Positions 10,981 to 20,974 are shown, counted from the first letter of the stretch. The stretch: 64,000 nt of DNA from Gemmatimonas sp. (GCA_965279375.1 OZ257156.1:4224001-4288000), one strand, 5' to 3'. The notes: generated from the letters alone by a model not told the origin. Translations and numbers: made by a program.

Positions 10981-11048
10981 TGCGGCGAACGGTGATGCGG
11001 GTGCGGCCGCTCCCTTGTCCCCGTCTTGCCCGTGATTATCGTGCGCGG

Positions 11049-12281
11049 ATGACCACATTCTCACGGACAGTCGCCGCGACACCGTCGCAGCCGCAGACCC
11101 TTTCGCAGCCGCTCACCGTTTTGCCCTCTCTGTCGAGTGCGCCGTCGCGGCATCTGCTGCGTAGCGCGATGGTGACGCGTGCAGTTGCCATGCTCAGCGG
11201 CGTGCTGCTGCTCACGAGTGCACCGGTGTTGTCGGCGCAGGATTCGACGTCGCGCCCGCCCAAGAGCGAGGCCGGCGCATCGACATCGAGCGGGTCGTCA
11301 AAATCGAAGAGCAAAGCCGGCGCGGCCAAGAAGAGCACGAAGGCGAAGTCATCGACGCGCAAGAAGTCCGGCTCAACGCAGGACACGATCAAACGGACCG
11401 TTGGCGCGCTTGGTCCGCAGTCAGGGGACTTGCACCTGGCCTATCGCGGCACCGGTAGCGATCTCGATTCACTCTGGCCGCCCAAGATGCCGGCGCCTCT
11501 GCCGGGATCGATCCTGCCGGCCAAGCGCATCATCGCCTTCTACGGCACGCCCGCATCCAATCGCATGGGCATCCTCGGCGAGTTCCCGCCCGACGAGATG
11601 CTGCGCAAGCTCGACGAGGAAGTGGCGGCGTGGAACAAGGCAGATCCGGCGCATCCGGTGCAGCCCGCTCTACACGTGATTGTGGTGGTCGCGCAGGCAG
11701 CGGCTGGGAGCGACGGCAAGTATCGCGCGCGGCTCGACAGCGCGCGCATCGAAAAGGTGTACGGCTGGGCGAAGAGTCGAAACGCGGTGATGTTCATGGA
11801 CATTCAGGTCGGCCTCAGCACGCTGCAGCAGGAGCTTCCCGCCTTCGAGCGCTTCCTCAAACGGCCCGAGGTGCATCTGGGCATCGACCCGGAATTCTCG
11901 ATGAAGAATGGCGGGCGTCCGGGCAAGAAGATCGGCACGTACGACGCCTCTGATGTGAACTATGCGTCGCGCTACCTGCAGGAGTTGGTGGACAAATACA
12001 AGCTGCCGCCCAAGGTGCTGGTGGTGCATCGTTTCACGAAGACCGGCGTGACGAACGCGAACAAGATCGCGCTCGATCCGCGCGTGCAGATCGTGATGCA
12101 CATGGATGGCTTTGGTGCGCCGTGGCTCAAGCGCGACTCGTACTACAGCTACGTGAAGAAGGAGCCGGTGCAGTTTGCTGGCTGGAAGCAGTTCACGAAG
12201 CTGCGCAACGACAACCCGTCCACGTCGCGTGAAGCAATTTTGCGTCTCTGGCCCACTCCGCTGTATATCCAGCTGCAGTAG
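11049..12281 (+). CDS. Conserved hypothetical exported protein
   Basis: Signal peptide, Lys/Ser-rich linker, globular domain (IIAFYGTP..MGILGE, HLGIDPEFSM, LPPKVLVVHRF, HMDGFG); start uncertain (11049 or 11169). Confidence 0.7.
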   Translation: MTTFSRTVAATPSQPQTLSQPLTVLPSLSSAPSRHLLRSAMVTRAVAMLSGVLLLTSAPVLSAQDSTSRPPKSEAGASTSSGSSKSKSKAGAAKKSTKAKSSTRKKSGSTQDTIKRTVGALGPQSGDLHLAYRGTGSDLDSLWPPKMPAPLPGSILPAKRIIAFYGTPASNRMGILGEFPPDEMLRKLDEEVAAWNKADPAHPVQPALHVIVVVAQAAAGSDGKYRARLDSARIEKVYGWAKSRNAVMFMDIQVGLSTLQQELPAFERFLKRPEVHLGIDPEFSMKNGGRPGKKIGTYDASDVNYASRYLQELVDKYKLPPKVLVVHRFTKTGVTNANKIALDPRVQIVMHMDGFGAPWLKRDSYYSYVKKEPVQFAGWKQFTKLRNDNPSTSREAILRLWPTPLYIQLQ

Positions 12282-12303
12282 AGCTGCAATAGAGCTGCAA
12301 TAG
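12271..12303 (+). repeat. Tandem repeat, 3 x 11 bp AGCTGCA(G/A)TAG, over the stop codon
   Basis: agctgcagtag-agctgcaatag-agctgcaatag read directly. Confidence 0.85.
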
Positions 12304-12361
12304 ATCCCGCCCCCACCCCAGCGTCGCGCCTGCCGCGTTCGCGCTCTCGGAGAAGATCGCC

Positions 12362-13246
12362 ATGCCGGAAGAGATCACGCGCCGATCGGCGCTGCTGCAG
12401 ATGGGGGCAACGGCGGTGAGTGCCGCCGCCGTCGGGTCGGTGTGGCCCGCGCAGGACGCCGAAGCGTCAACAACGCGACCGACGGGACATGGGCGACTGC
12501 ATCAGGGCGTGTCGCGCTGGTGCTACGGCTCGATACCGTTGGATGATCTCTGTCGCGCGGCGCAGGCGATGCACATCGAAGGCATCGACCTGCTGGACGA
12601 AAAGGATTGGGCCACGCCGGCGAAGTACCGCATGGTCTGTTCGATGGCCAACGGCTTCGGCACGATCCCCAAGGGATTCAATCGTCCCGACCTGCACGAC
12701 CAGCTGGTGGCCGCTGGTTCCGCGATGATTCCGAAGGCGGCCGCCGCGGGCGTCGAGCGCATCGTCTGCTTCAGCGGGAATCGCGAAGGCATGTCCGACG
12801 GGGAAGGCATCGCCAACTGCATCACGGGTCTCAAGCGACTCGCGCCGCTCGCGGAAAAGCATGGCGTGACGCTCTGCCTCGAGTTGCTCAACAGCAAGGT
12901 CGATCACGCCGACTATCACGCCGACCACACCGACTGGGGCGTGCAGGTGATCAAGGGCGTGAACTCACCTCGCGTGCGCCTGCTGTACGACATCTATCAC
13001 ATGCAGGTCATGGAAGGGAATGTCATCGCCACGATCAAGGCGAACGCACCATACATCGCGCACTTCCATACGGGCGGCGTGCCGGGGCGAAACGACATCG
13101 ATGACACGCAGGAGCTGAACTATCGGCTGGTGGCGGAGACGATCGCGAATCTGGGATTCCAGGGTTTCTTCTCGCACGAGTTCGTGCCGAAGCTGACTCC
13201 GCCGCTGCAGTCGTTGCGCAATGCGGTGGAGCTGTGCGAGGTCTGA
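12362..13246 (+). CDS. Hydroxypyruvate isomerase family TIM-barrel protein with Tat signal peptide
   Basis: ITRRSALL twin-arginine leader; LELLNSKVDH, LLYDIYHMQVMEG, HFHTGGVPGR. Confidence 0.85.
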   Translation: MPEEITRRSALLQMGATAVSAAAVGSVWPAQDAEASTTRPTGHGRLHQGVSRWCYGSIPLDDLCRAAQAMHIEGIDLLDEKDWATPAKYRMVCSMANGFGTIPKGFNRPDLHDQLVAAGSAMIPKAAAAGVERIVCFSGNREGMSDGEGIANCITGLKRLAPLAEKHGVTLCLELLNSKVDHADYHADHTDWGVQVIKGVNSPRVRLLYDIYHMQVMEGNVIATIKANAPYIAHFHTGGVPGRNDIDDTQELNYRLVAETIANLGFQGFFSHEFVPKLTPPLQSLRNAVELCEV

Positions 13247-13260
13247 CCCGTCGTACTCTC

Positions 13261-13544
13261 CCGTAACCGGTCGCGCCGTTCGCTTCTCGGTAACCGGTGA
13301 CGCCGTTCGCTCCACTGATCTCCCGCCACTCACCACCCGTAGCCCCCAACAGGGTTGTGTCGGGTTGGCGGTCCTCGACCCCGCTTGAACTGCGTGAAAA
13401 ACTCTGAACCGGGGACTGGCCACTGCGCCCTGCCGCCACTCTGACACTGCTCTGTTCCGGGTCGCGAGTCATGGGTGGTGAGTCTTGAGTGGAGCGAACA
13501 GCGTGACCGGTCACCGAACTGCGAACCGCGTTACCGGCAACCGG
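13261..13544. repeat. Long imperfect palindrome (about 285 bp) with duplicated ~27-bp terminal units; MITE/BIME-like or structured RNA
   Basis: Left arm cggtaaccggtgacgccgttcgctccact pairs with agtggagcgaacagcgtgaccggtcaccg; inner pairs actcaccaccc/gggtggtgagt, aacagggt/gctctgtt, gtgtcggg/tctgacac, tggcgg/ccgcca, ccccg/cgggg. Confidence 0.6.
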
Positions 13545-13597
13545 ACCGAGAACCGCAGCCACGCGGTGGGCCATCGCATGATCTACGGAAAAAACAG

Positions 13598-13642
13598 TTG
13601 ACAGATTCTCCAAGGGGCTGCATACTACTGGAAGTTCAGTAG
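13598..13642 (+). promoter_or_regulatory. Sigma70 promoter with overlapping palindromic operator (probable BlaI autoregulation site)
   Basis: TTGACA (13598-13603), 17 bp, CATACT (13621-13626); CTACTG-N6-CAGTAG palindrome at 13625-13642 just upstream of the BlaI gene. Confidence 0.8.
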
Positions 13643-13663
13643 CCCACCCTGCGCCCCCGACCC

Positions 13664-14059
13664 ATGGACGAGATCTACTTCCCTCCTCGCGAGCTCGCTG
13701 TCATGAGCAGCCTTTGGCGACGAGGATCCGCGACGGTCTCCGAGGTCCGCGACGACCTCGACGAGCCGCTCGCCTACACCTCCGTGCTGTCCGCGCTCCA
13801 GACACTCGCTGAGAAGGGCTACGTCCGCCATGAGCCCGAGGGACGGGCCTATCGCTACTTCCCGACCATCGGCGCTGAGCGTGCGGGAACGAGCGCATTG
13901 GCACGCATCCGCGACGCGATCTTTCAGGGCTCCGCGGAACGCATGTTCGCACAGCTGGTCTCTGATCGACAGCTCGATCGCGCCGCACTGGAGCGGATGC
14001 GAACCCTCCTCGCCGAGCGACTCGACGATACGGACGAATCCACCGGAGGTGCCGCATGA
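13664..14059 (+). CDS. BlaI/MecI/CopY family transcriptional repressor
   Basis: RELAVMSSLW..SATVSEV..LAYTSVLSALQTLAEKGYV..GRAYRY..FQGS. Confidence 0.92.
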   Translation: MDEIYFPPRELAVMSSLWRRGSATVSEVRDDLDEPLAYTSVLSALQTLAEKGYVRHEPEGRAYRYFPTIGAERAGTSALARIRDAIFQGSAERMFAQLVSDRQLDRAALERMRTLLAERLDDTDESTGGAA

Positions 14060-15615
14060 TGACCGGATGGCTGGTCTACAGCGTGATCGTCTCGGCGTTG
14101 CTGGCGATCGTCGCGACGCTGCTCCACTTCCTTCGCCGTGAGAGCGGACACGCGGTACGCTGGATCTGGGCGCTGGGCATGCTGGGCGCGCTCGGACTCA
14201 CGGCCGCGGCACCGTCGCGCTCTACGCCAACGCTTCGGCGCGTCGTGGCGGGCGTACCGATCGCCGCGATGCCGGCTGCCATCGAACGAACGCCGACGAT
14301 CCTCGAGCGTAGTCGCGCCGTATTGGACCGTACAGCAGACGCGATGTCGGCGCCCATTCACGCGGTGCTGCGCGCGACCAATCGCCTGCCGCGCGTCGCA
14401 CACTTTGCGGCGTATCTCGCGACGCTGGTGAGCGCGATGGTGGGTGTGCTGGCGCTGGGTACGCTCTATCGCCGTGTGCTGCGCATGCGGGGAACCTGGG
14501 GGCGCGCGACGCTGCTGGGTGTGCCAGTGCGAATTGCCCCTGCGGCGGGACCTGCGGTGATCGGCATTGCGCCGGCGGAGATCGTGGTACCGCAATGGCT
14601 GATGAAACGCGATGCCATCGAACAACAGATGGTGCTGGACCATGAGTTGGCGCATGTGCGGGCGCACGATCCGTTGTTGCTGTTCGCCGCATGCGTCGGC
14701 GTGGCGCTGATGCCGTGGAATCCGGCGATGTGGTACATGCTGTCGCGATTGCGACTGGCTGTTGAACTCGATTGTGATCGTCGGGTGTTGCGCGCTGGGG
14801 CCCCAACGCGCTCATACGCCCAATTGCTCATTGAATTGTCTGCCCATCGTTCGCTCGTCACCGCCGCTGTTCCGTCATTTTCCCACAGCGTTTCTCATCT
14901 CGAACGGAGATTGCTCGCCATGACTGCACGTCGCTCACGTTCTTCCCTGCCCGCTCGACTGGGCGGCGCACTGCTCGCATCTGTTGTACTGCTCGCTGCG
15001 TGCGAGTCGAAGTTGCCCACGTCCGCCGAGCTGGATGGTATGACGGCAGCATCCGCAACGCGCCGCGTGGCGGAAGTCGCGAAGATCGATACCTCGAAGA
15101 CCGTCTATCTGCTCAACGAGCGCGTGGTGACCAAGCAGGAGGCCGAAGCGCTCGCGGCCAGCGCCATCGGCAGCATCGAGGTGGTGCGCGCCACGAACCT
15201 CAAAAAGGCGACGGAGATTCGCATCAAGACCGTCCAGGGCAAGCCGATCGTCGTCGACCGCTCGGCCGGCGATTCCGGCGCGATTCTGTTTCGCACGACG
15301 GGGGACAGTAGCGAATTGAAGATCGTGCCGGGCGGGCCGCTTCCCGAGGCGGGTGCACTCGCGTCAGGCGCTCGGATCCGCGTGCGCGCTGCCGATGGCG
15401 CGCCGTCGGTGGTCGTCAGCGACAAGTCGCGCAAGCCGTTCGACGGATTGCTTGTGATCGATGGCGTGATCACGGCCAGCACGGATCTCAACTCCATCGC
15501 ACCTGATCGCATCGAGAGCATCGAAGTGATCAAGGGCGCCGCTGCCGCCGCGCTCTACAAGAACGAACCGGCCGCCGCCAACGGCGTGATCAAGGTGACA
15601 TTGAAGAAGAAGTAG
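14056..15615 (+). CDS. M56 family (BlaR1-like) membrane metallopeptidase with C-terminal TonB-receptor plug-like domain(s)
   Basis: HELAH zinc motif, PWNP..W..ELDCD..V, LERRL; C-terminus [30 protein letters not shown]. Confidence 0.88.
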   Translation: MMTGWLVYSVIVSALLAIVATLLHFLRRESGHAVRWIWALGMLGALGLTAAAPSRSTPTLRRVVAGVPIAAMPAAIERTPTILERSRAVLDRTADAMSAPIHAVLRATNRLPRVAHFAAYLATLVSAMVGVLALGTLYRRVLRMRGTWGRATLLGVPVRIAPAAGPAVIGIAPAEIVVPQWLMKRDAIEQQMVLDHELAHVRAHDPLLLFAACVGVALMPWNPAMWYMLSRLRLAVELDCDRRVLRAGAPTRSYAQLLIELSAHRSLVTAAVPSFSHSVSHLERRLLAMTARRSRSSLPARLGGALLASVVLLAACESKLPTSAELDGMTAASATRRVAEVAKIDTSKTVYLLNERVVTKQEAEALAASAIGSIEVVRATNLKKATEIRIKTVQGKPIVVDRSAGDSGAILFRTTGDSSELKIVPGGPLPEAGALASGARIRVRAADGAPSVVVSDKSRKPFDGLLVIDGVITASTDLNSIAPDRIESIEVIKGAAAAALYKNEPAAANGVIKVTLKKK

Positions 15616-16963
15616 CACGCCGGTGCAGCACCATACGCATCCCGTGGGTCGGCCGCAGGGTAATCAGCGGTTGCAGCGCCACGGGATGCCCGGGCACGAG
15701 TGAGGCGGTCCATCGCTGCGCCAACGTGGCCAACATGAGAATGGCTTCCGTCCACGCGAACTGCTCGCCAATGCAGATGCGCGTTCCTGCTCCAAAGGGG
15801 AAGTACGCGAACTTCGGCCGCTCTACGTTCTGCTCAGCGGCCCAGCGATCCGGATCGAAGCGCGTAGGCTCGGGCCACCACCGCGCATCACGCTGCTGCA
15901 ACCACGGCAACACGAGCACGATCGTCCCTTTGCGCAGCACGAAGTCGCCGCAGCGATAGTCTTCCAGCGCACGCCGTCCAATGGCGTACGCGGGCGGATA
16001 GAGGCGCAACGTCTCCATCACGACCTGCCGCGTGTAGCCGAGCTGTGGCAAGTCCGCGACCGTGGGTACGTGGCCCAGCGCATCGACCTCCGCGTGCAGC
16101 CGCGCCGCCACCTCCGGATGCTCGGAGAGCATGTACCACGCGAAGGTGAGCGCGTTGGCGGTGGTCTCGTGTCCGGCAAGGAATATCGTGAGCACCTCGT
16201 CGCGCAGCTGCTTGTCGTTCATGCCGGTGCCGTCCCCTTCGGCGTCGGTGGCATGCAGCAACATGGACAGCAGATCGCCTCGATCCTCGCCGCTGGCGCG
16301 ACGTGCGGCGATGATGCCGTAGATCGTTTCGTCGAGTCGCGCGCGCGCCTTGCGAAAGCGACGAGCGAACGGCAAGGGCAGACGTTCCATGAGCCCGGGG
16401 AACGGCAGCATGATCAGCGCGAACGACTCGAGCACCGTCGTGACGGCGGCCCCAATCTCGTCGGACTCTGCATCCACGTTGGCGTCGAAGAGCGTCTTGC
16501 TGACGACGGCGAGCGTGAGATGCATCATCTCCTCGTGCATGTCCACCGCGGCTTCGTCACGCCAGCCGTTGGCGGTACGCGTGGCCAGCGTCACCATCTG
16601 TTCCGCGTACGCCGCAATGCGATCGCGATGAAAAGCGGGCTGCGCGAGTCTCCGCTGCCGGAGATGAAACTCGCCCTCACTCGTGAGCAAGCCCGTTCCC
16701 ACGACGCGCTGCGCTCGCTCAAGCGCACGGCCCTTCGCGAACGAACGCTGGTGCGTGACGAGGATATCGCGAATGAGCTCCGGGTCGTTGACGATGGCCC
16801 AGCGCACGCCGGCGATCGGGAACTCGACGACATCGCCGAATTGTGCGACAGACGCTTCCATGAAGCCGAGGAAGTCGCTGCGGAATCGACGCAGGAGCTC
16901 GCCCGGATAGCGTCGACGAGGACCGGGCGGATGCATCACGGGCGCGTTGGGTGCGTGAGTCAT
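15590..16963 (-). CDS. Cytochrome P450
   Basis: [21 protein letters not shown], heme motif [13 protein letters not shown]. Confidence 0.95.
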   Translation of the reverse strand: MTHAPNAPVMHPPGPRRRYPGELLRRFRSDFLGFMEASVAQFGDVVEFPIAGVRWAIVNDPELIRDILVTHQRSFAKGRALERAQRVVGTGLLTSEGEFHLRQRRLAQPAFHRDRIAAYAEQMVTLATRTANGWRDEAAVDMHEEMMHLTLAVVSKTLFDANVDAESDEIGAAVTTVLESFALIMLPFPGLMERLPLPFARRFRKARARLDETIYGIIAARRASGEDRGDLLSMLLHATDAEGDGTGMNDKQLRDEVLTIFLAGHETTANALTFAWYMLSEHPEVAARLHAEVDALGHVPTVADLPQLGYTRQVVMETLRLYPPAYAIGRRALEDYRCGDFVLRKGTIVLVLPWLQQRDARWWPEPTRFDPDRWAAEQNVERPKFAYFPFGAGTRICIGEQFAWTEAILMLATLAQRWTASLVPGHPVALQPLITLRPTHGMRMVLHRRATSSSMSP

Positions 16964-17093
16964 GCGTGAAACAAGAAGCGAGAACGGTGTCTCTGGCAAG
17001 GCGCGCGTTTGGCGATACCTTGCGATGGAGAAGACACCAGCGCCAGATACCTCCCGAAAGCCTCACTCAAGCGTCTCTCGATGGAACCGTCGA

Positions 17094-18803
17094 ATGGATA
17101 AGTCGAAGCTGCCAAGCCGCCATGCCACCGTTGGCCCGGAGCGTGCGCCGCATCGCGCGTTCTACTACGCGATGGGGCTCTCGGCCGAAGAGATTCAGCA
17201 GCCGATCATCGGCGTGGTGTCGAGCTGGAACGAGGCTGCGCCGTGCAACATCGCGCTCAAGCGACAGGCGGAAGCAGCCAAGATCGGTGTGAAGAGTGCG
17301 GGCGGGACGCCGCGTGAGTTCACGACCATCACCGTGACCGACGGTATCGCGATGGGGCACGCGGGAATGAAGTCATCGCTCGTGAGTCGCGAAACGATCG
17401 CTGACTCCATTGAGCTGACGGTGCGCGGCCACTGCTACGACGGCCTGGTCGGCATTGCAGGATGCGACAAGACGCTCCCTGGCCTGATGATGGCGATGCT
17501 GCGCCTCAACGTGCCGTCGGTCTTTCTCTACGGCGGCTCGATTCTGCCGGGACGCTTCCACAACAAGGACGTGACCGTGCTGGACGTCTTCGAAGGCGTC
17601 GGCTCGTACGGCGCGGGGAAGATGTCGCTTGAAGAACTGACCGCTCTGGAGAAGGTGGCCTGTCCGGGTGCGGGCTCGTGCGGCGGGCAGTACACCGCCA
17701 ACAGCATGGCGTACGTAAGCGAGGCGATCGGGCTCGCGCTCCCCGGATCGGCGAGTCCGCCGGCCGCGTGGGAAACCCGCGACAGCTATGCAGAGCGCTC
17801 CGGCGCGGCGGTGATGCGGCTGATGCAGCATGGCCCTCGGCCGCGCGACATCGTCACCCGCAAGGCGCTCGAGAATGCGGCGGCTGTGGTGGCCGCGACG
17901 GGCGGATCGACTAACGCCACGTTGCATTTGCCGGCGATGGCCCATGAAGCCGGTATCGCCTTCGACCTGTTCGACGTGGCTGAGGTGTTCGCGCGCACGC
18001 CGCTGATCGCCGACCTCAAGCCAGGCGGGCGCTATCTGGCGAAGGATGTGCACGACATCGGCGGGGCGTCGATCATTCTCAAGGCGTTGCTGGATGGAGG
18101 GTTCCTGCACGGCGACTGCATCACGGTGACAGGCAAGACCATCGCAGAAGATCTGGCCGACGTGGTGATGCCGACCGGACAGGACGTGGTGATGCCGGTG
18201 TCGCGCGCGATTTCGCCGACGGGCGGACTGGTGGGCATGCGCGGCAATCTCGCGCCCGACGGTGCCGTGGTGAAAGTCGCGGGACTGCACACGCGGCAGT
18301 TCACCGGGCCGGCGCGCTGCTTCGACTCCGAGGAGGAGGCGTTCGCGGCGGTGATGGAAAAGCGCTACGCAGCCGGCGACGTGCTGGTGATTCGCTACGA
18401 GGGACCGCGCGGCGGCCCCGGCATGCGTGAGATGCTGTCCACCACCTCGGCCATCTACGGACAGGGGATGGGCGATCAGGTCGCGCTCATCACTGACGGG
18501 CGATTCAGCGGGGCAACGCGTGGGCTGTGCATCGGGCATGTGGGGCCGGAGGCAGCGGTGGGCGGGCCCATCGGCTTGCTGCGCGACGGGGACTTCATCG
18601 ACATCGATGCGGACGCCGGCACGATGTCGGTACGCCTATCTGAATCAGATTTCGCCGAGCGTCGCGAGGCGTGGGTGCCGAGGCAGCACGACTTTCAGTC
18701 GGGGGCCATTTGGCGCTACGCGCAGACGGTGAGTCAGGCGCGCTATGGCGCGGTGGTTCATCCCGGGGGGGTTGCGGAAACGCACTGCTATGCCGATGCT
18801 TGA
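17094..18803 (+). CDS. ilvD: Dihydroxy-acid dehydratase
   Basis: [64 protein letters not shown]. Confidence 0.95.
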   Translation: MDKSKLPSRHATVGPERAPHRAFYYAMGLSAEEIQQPIIGVVSSWNEAAPCNIALKRQAEAAKIGVKSAGGTPREFTTITVTDGIAMGHAGMKSSLVSRETIADSIELTVRGHCYDGLVGIAGCDKTLPGLMMAMLRLNVPSVFLYGGSILPGRFHNKDVTVLDVFEGVGSYGAGKMSLEELTALEKVACPGAGSCGGQYTANSMAYVSEAIGLALPGSASPPAAWETRDSYAERSGAAVMRLMQHGPRPRDIVTRKALENAAAVVAATGGSTNATLHLPAMAHEAGIAFDLFDVAEVFARTPLIADLKPGGRYLAKDVHDIGGASIILKALLDGGFLHGDCITVTGKTIAEDLADVVMPTGQDVVMPVSRAISPTGGLVGMRGNLAPDGAVVKVAGLHTRQFTGPARCFDSEEEAFAAVMEKRYAAGDVLVIRYEGPRGGPGMREMLSTTSAIYGQGMGDQVALITDGRFSGATRGLCIGHVGPEAAVGGPIGLLRDGDFIDIDADAGTMSVRLSESDFAERREAWVPRQHDFQSGAIWRYAQTVSQARYGAVVHPGGVAETHCYADA

Positions 18804-18905
18804 GGGGCGACCTGTTACCCGCAGTGTGACGGTTCGTCTTTAACGCGTGACGGACGGGGACAGCCCCGCCGATCATGCCGGTTCGCCAAACGACTTGCCC
18901 ATCTG

Positions 18906-19037
18906 ATGCTCGCTTCGTTCGCGCAGTCCCGACTTCTTCTCAGCCTTATTCCCGTCGTCGCGACGATTCTCGTCGCGTCGATTCTTATCGTACGCGTACT
19001 TAGCGTTCGGGAGCAGGGCAAGACAGTCGCGATGTAA
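18906..19037 (+). CDS. Leu/Ile/Val-rich attenuator leader peptide, 43 aa: MLASFAQSRLLLSLIPVVATILVASILIVRVLSVREQGKTVAM
   Basis: Own translation; control codons use AT-ending forms (CTT, ATT, GTA, GTT) unusual for this GC-rich DNA; lies directly upstream of alternative hairpins and ilvB. Confidence 0.85.
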   Translation: MLASFAQSRLLLSLIPVVATILVASILIVRVLSVREQGKTVAM

Positions 19038-19093
19038 CGCGCAACCTGCCCCTCCCGAGATCACTCGGAGGGGCATCCTTGGCGAATGACGAC

Positions 19094-19130
19094 AAGGCTC
19101 CCTCCGGGTTCGGAGGGGGCCTTTCTCGTT
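19094..19130 (+). terminator. Attenuator terminator of the ilvB-leu operon
   Basis: AAGGCTCCCTCCG-ggtt-CGGAGGGGGCCTT followed by TCTCGTT; upstream segments can form a competing antiterminator. Confidence 0.8.
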
Positions 19131-19142
19131 CTCCAGGCCTCC

Positions 19143-20939
19143 ATGTCACACGTCGCACGCGGTACAGGACCGACATCGACAGCAGCAGCGACCGCCCGAG
19201 CTCTGGCGGCCCGCGACGCGAATCCGGCGCTGCGCACCGGCGCACAGATCATGTGCGAGGCGCTCATTCGCGAAGGCGTCTCGGTGATGTTCGGAATTCC
19301 AGGCGGCTGCATCATGCCGTTCTACCATGCGATGTACGAGTACCGCACCGCGCTGCGCCACGTGCTCTGTCGCCATGAGCAGGGCGCTGGACATGCCGCC
19401 GAGGGGTACGCCCGGGCCACCGGACAAGTGGGTGTCTGCATCGGAACGAGCGGGCCGGGCGCAACGAATCTGGTGACGCCGATTGCCGACGCGTGGATGG
19501 ACGGCACGCCGTTGGTGGCCATCACGGGTCAGGTGCCGAGCACCCTGCTGGGTACCGATGCGTTTCAGGAGACCGACATCACCGGCATCACGGTGCCGAT
19601 CACGAAGCACAACTTTCTCGTGAGCGATCCGAGCGAGTTGACGCGCGTCTTCCGCGAAGCCTTTCACATCGCGCGCACCGGGCGCCCCGGTCCCGTCTTG
19701 ATCGACATCACCAAGGACGCGCAGCTGGCGCGGCTGGTGCCCGATTGGGATGTCGCGATGGACCTGCCGGGCTACCGCCCCGCGTCGCACAAGAGTGCGG
19801 TGCGCGCAGAGTTGATGGATGCAACCGTGCGCTTGTTGCAGCACGCCGAACGTCCGCTGATCCTCGCCGGCAACGGTGTGATTCAGGGCGCCGCGACGAA
19901 CGAACTGCGTGCGCTGGCCGAGCAGACAGGGATTCCTGTGGTGACGACGTTGCAGGGGCTGGGCGCGATGCCGCACGATCATCCGCTGGCGTTGGGGATG
20001 CCCGGCATGCACGGCTGGGTGCATGTGAATCGCGCGATTCAGGCGTGCGACGTGTTGCTCAATGTCGGCAGCCGCTTCGACGATCGCGTGACGGGCAAGG
20101 CGAGCAGCTTTGCGCCGCACGCCAAGATCATTCACATCGACATCGACGCTGCTGAAATCGGCAAGCTGGTGCACACCGACGTCGCCATCGTGAGCGACTG
20201 CAAGCCCGTGCTCGAAACGCTGCTTGCCGCCATGCCGGCCGGTGACACGGGCACGCGCGCCGCGTGGCGCGACACGATCGCAGCGATGCGTACCGAGCAT
20301 CTGCCACGACAGGGGTATGTGCGCCGCGACCGAACCGCGCCGCTGATGCCGCACGATGTGTTCGATGCGATGAATGCGTCCTTCCGCACCCGTCAGGATT
20401 GGCGCGTGGTGACCGATGTGGGTCAGCACCAGATGTGGGCCGCGCAGCTGCTCGACTGGAGTCGGCCGCGCACGCACATCACGAGCGGCGGCGCCGGCAC
20501 GATGGGATTCTCGCTCCCTGCCGCCATGGGTGCCGCCATCGCCGATCCGGAGCGCACGATCTGGGTGGTGGTGGGCGACGGCGGCTTTCAGATGACTGCC
20601 TGCGAGCTGGCCACGATCGCGCAGGAAGGACTCACCAATCTCAAGGTCGCCGTGGTCAACAACGGCTACCTCGGCATGGTGCGGCAGTGGCAGCAGCTCT
20701 TTGAAGGACGCCGCTACAGCGGCACGCCATTGACCGGTCCCGACTTCGCGAAGCTCGCAGAAGCGCACGGGCTGCGTGGCATGACCGTCGATCGCGTGGA
20801 GGATGCGCCATCCGCGATCGCTGCCGCATGGACACATGACGGATGTGTCGTGATCGATTTCCGCGTCGAGCGGGAAGCAAATGTGTTTCCGATGGTCCCC
20901 GCCGGTCGCGCGATCGGCGAGATGATGGTGGCCGAGTAG
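19143..20939 (+). CDS. ilvB: Acetolactate synthase large subunit
   Basis: FGIPGG, RHEQGAGHAAEGYAR, TSGPGATN, TDVGQHQMW, GDGGFQM, NNGYLGMVRQWQ. Confidence 0.95.
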   Translation: MSHVARGTGPTSTAAATARALAARDANPALRTGAQIMCEALIREGVSVMFGIPGGCIMPFYHAMYEYRTALRHVLCRHEQGAGHAAEGYARATGQVGVCIGTSGPGATNLVTPIADAWMDGTPLVAITGQVPSTLLGTDAFQETDITGITVPITKHNFLVSDPSELTRVFREAFHIARTGRPGPVLIDITKDAQLARLVPDWDVAMDLPGYRPASHKSAVRAELMDATVRLLQHAERPLILAGNGVIQGAATNELRALAEQTGIPVVTTLQGLGAMPHDHPLALGMPGMHGWVHVNRAIQACDVLLNVGSRFDDRVTGKASSFAPHAKIIHIDIDAAEIGKLVHTDVAIVSDCKPVLETLLAAMPAGDTGTRAAWRDTIAAMRTEHLPRQGYVRRDRTAPLMPHDVFDAMNASFRTRQDWRVVTDVGQHQMWAAQLLDWSRPRTHITSGGAGTMGFSLPAAMGAAIADPERTIWVVVGDGGFQMTACELATIAQEGLTNLKVAVVNNGYLGMVRQWQQLFEGRRYSGTPLTGPDFAKLAEAHGLRGMTVDRVEDAPSAIAAAWTHDGCVVIDFRVEREANVFPMVPAGRAIGEMMVAE

Positions 20940-20974
20940 CTCCGAGTCTTCTTCCCTTCTTCACGAGTCTTCTG

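Noticed and set aside
15590..15615. 26-bp convergent overlap of the M56 and P450 genes
   Set aside because: Short 3' overlaps are common in GC-rich genomes; nothing supports a regulatory role
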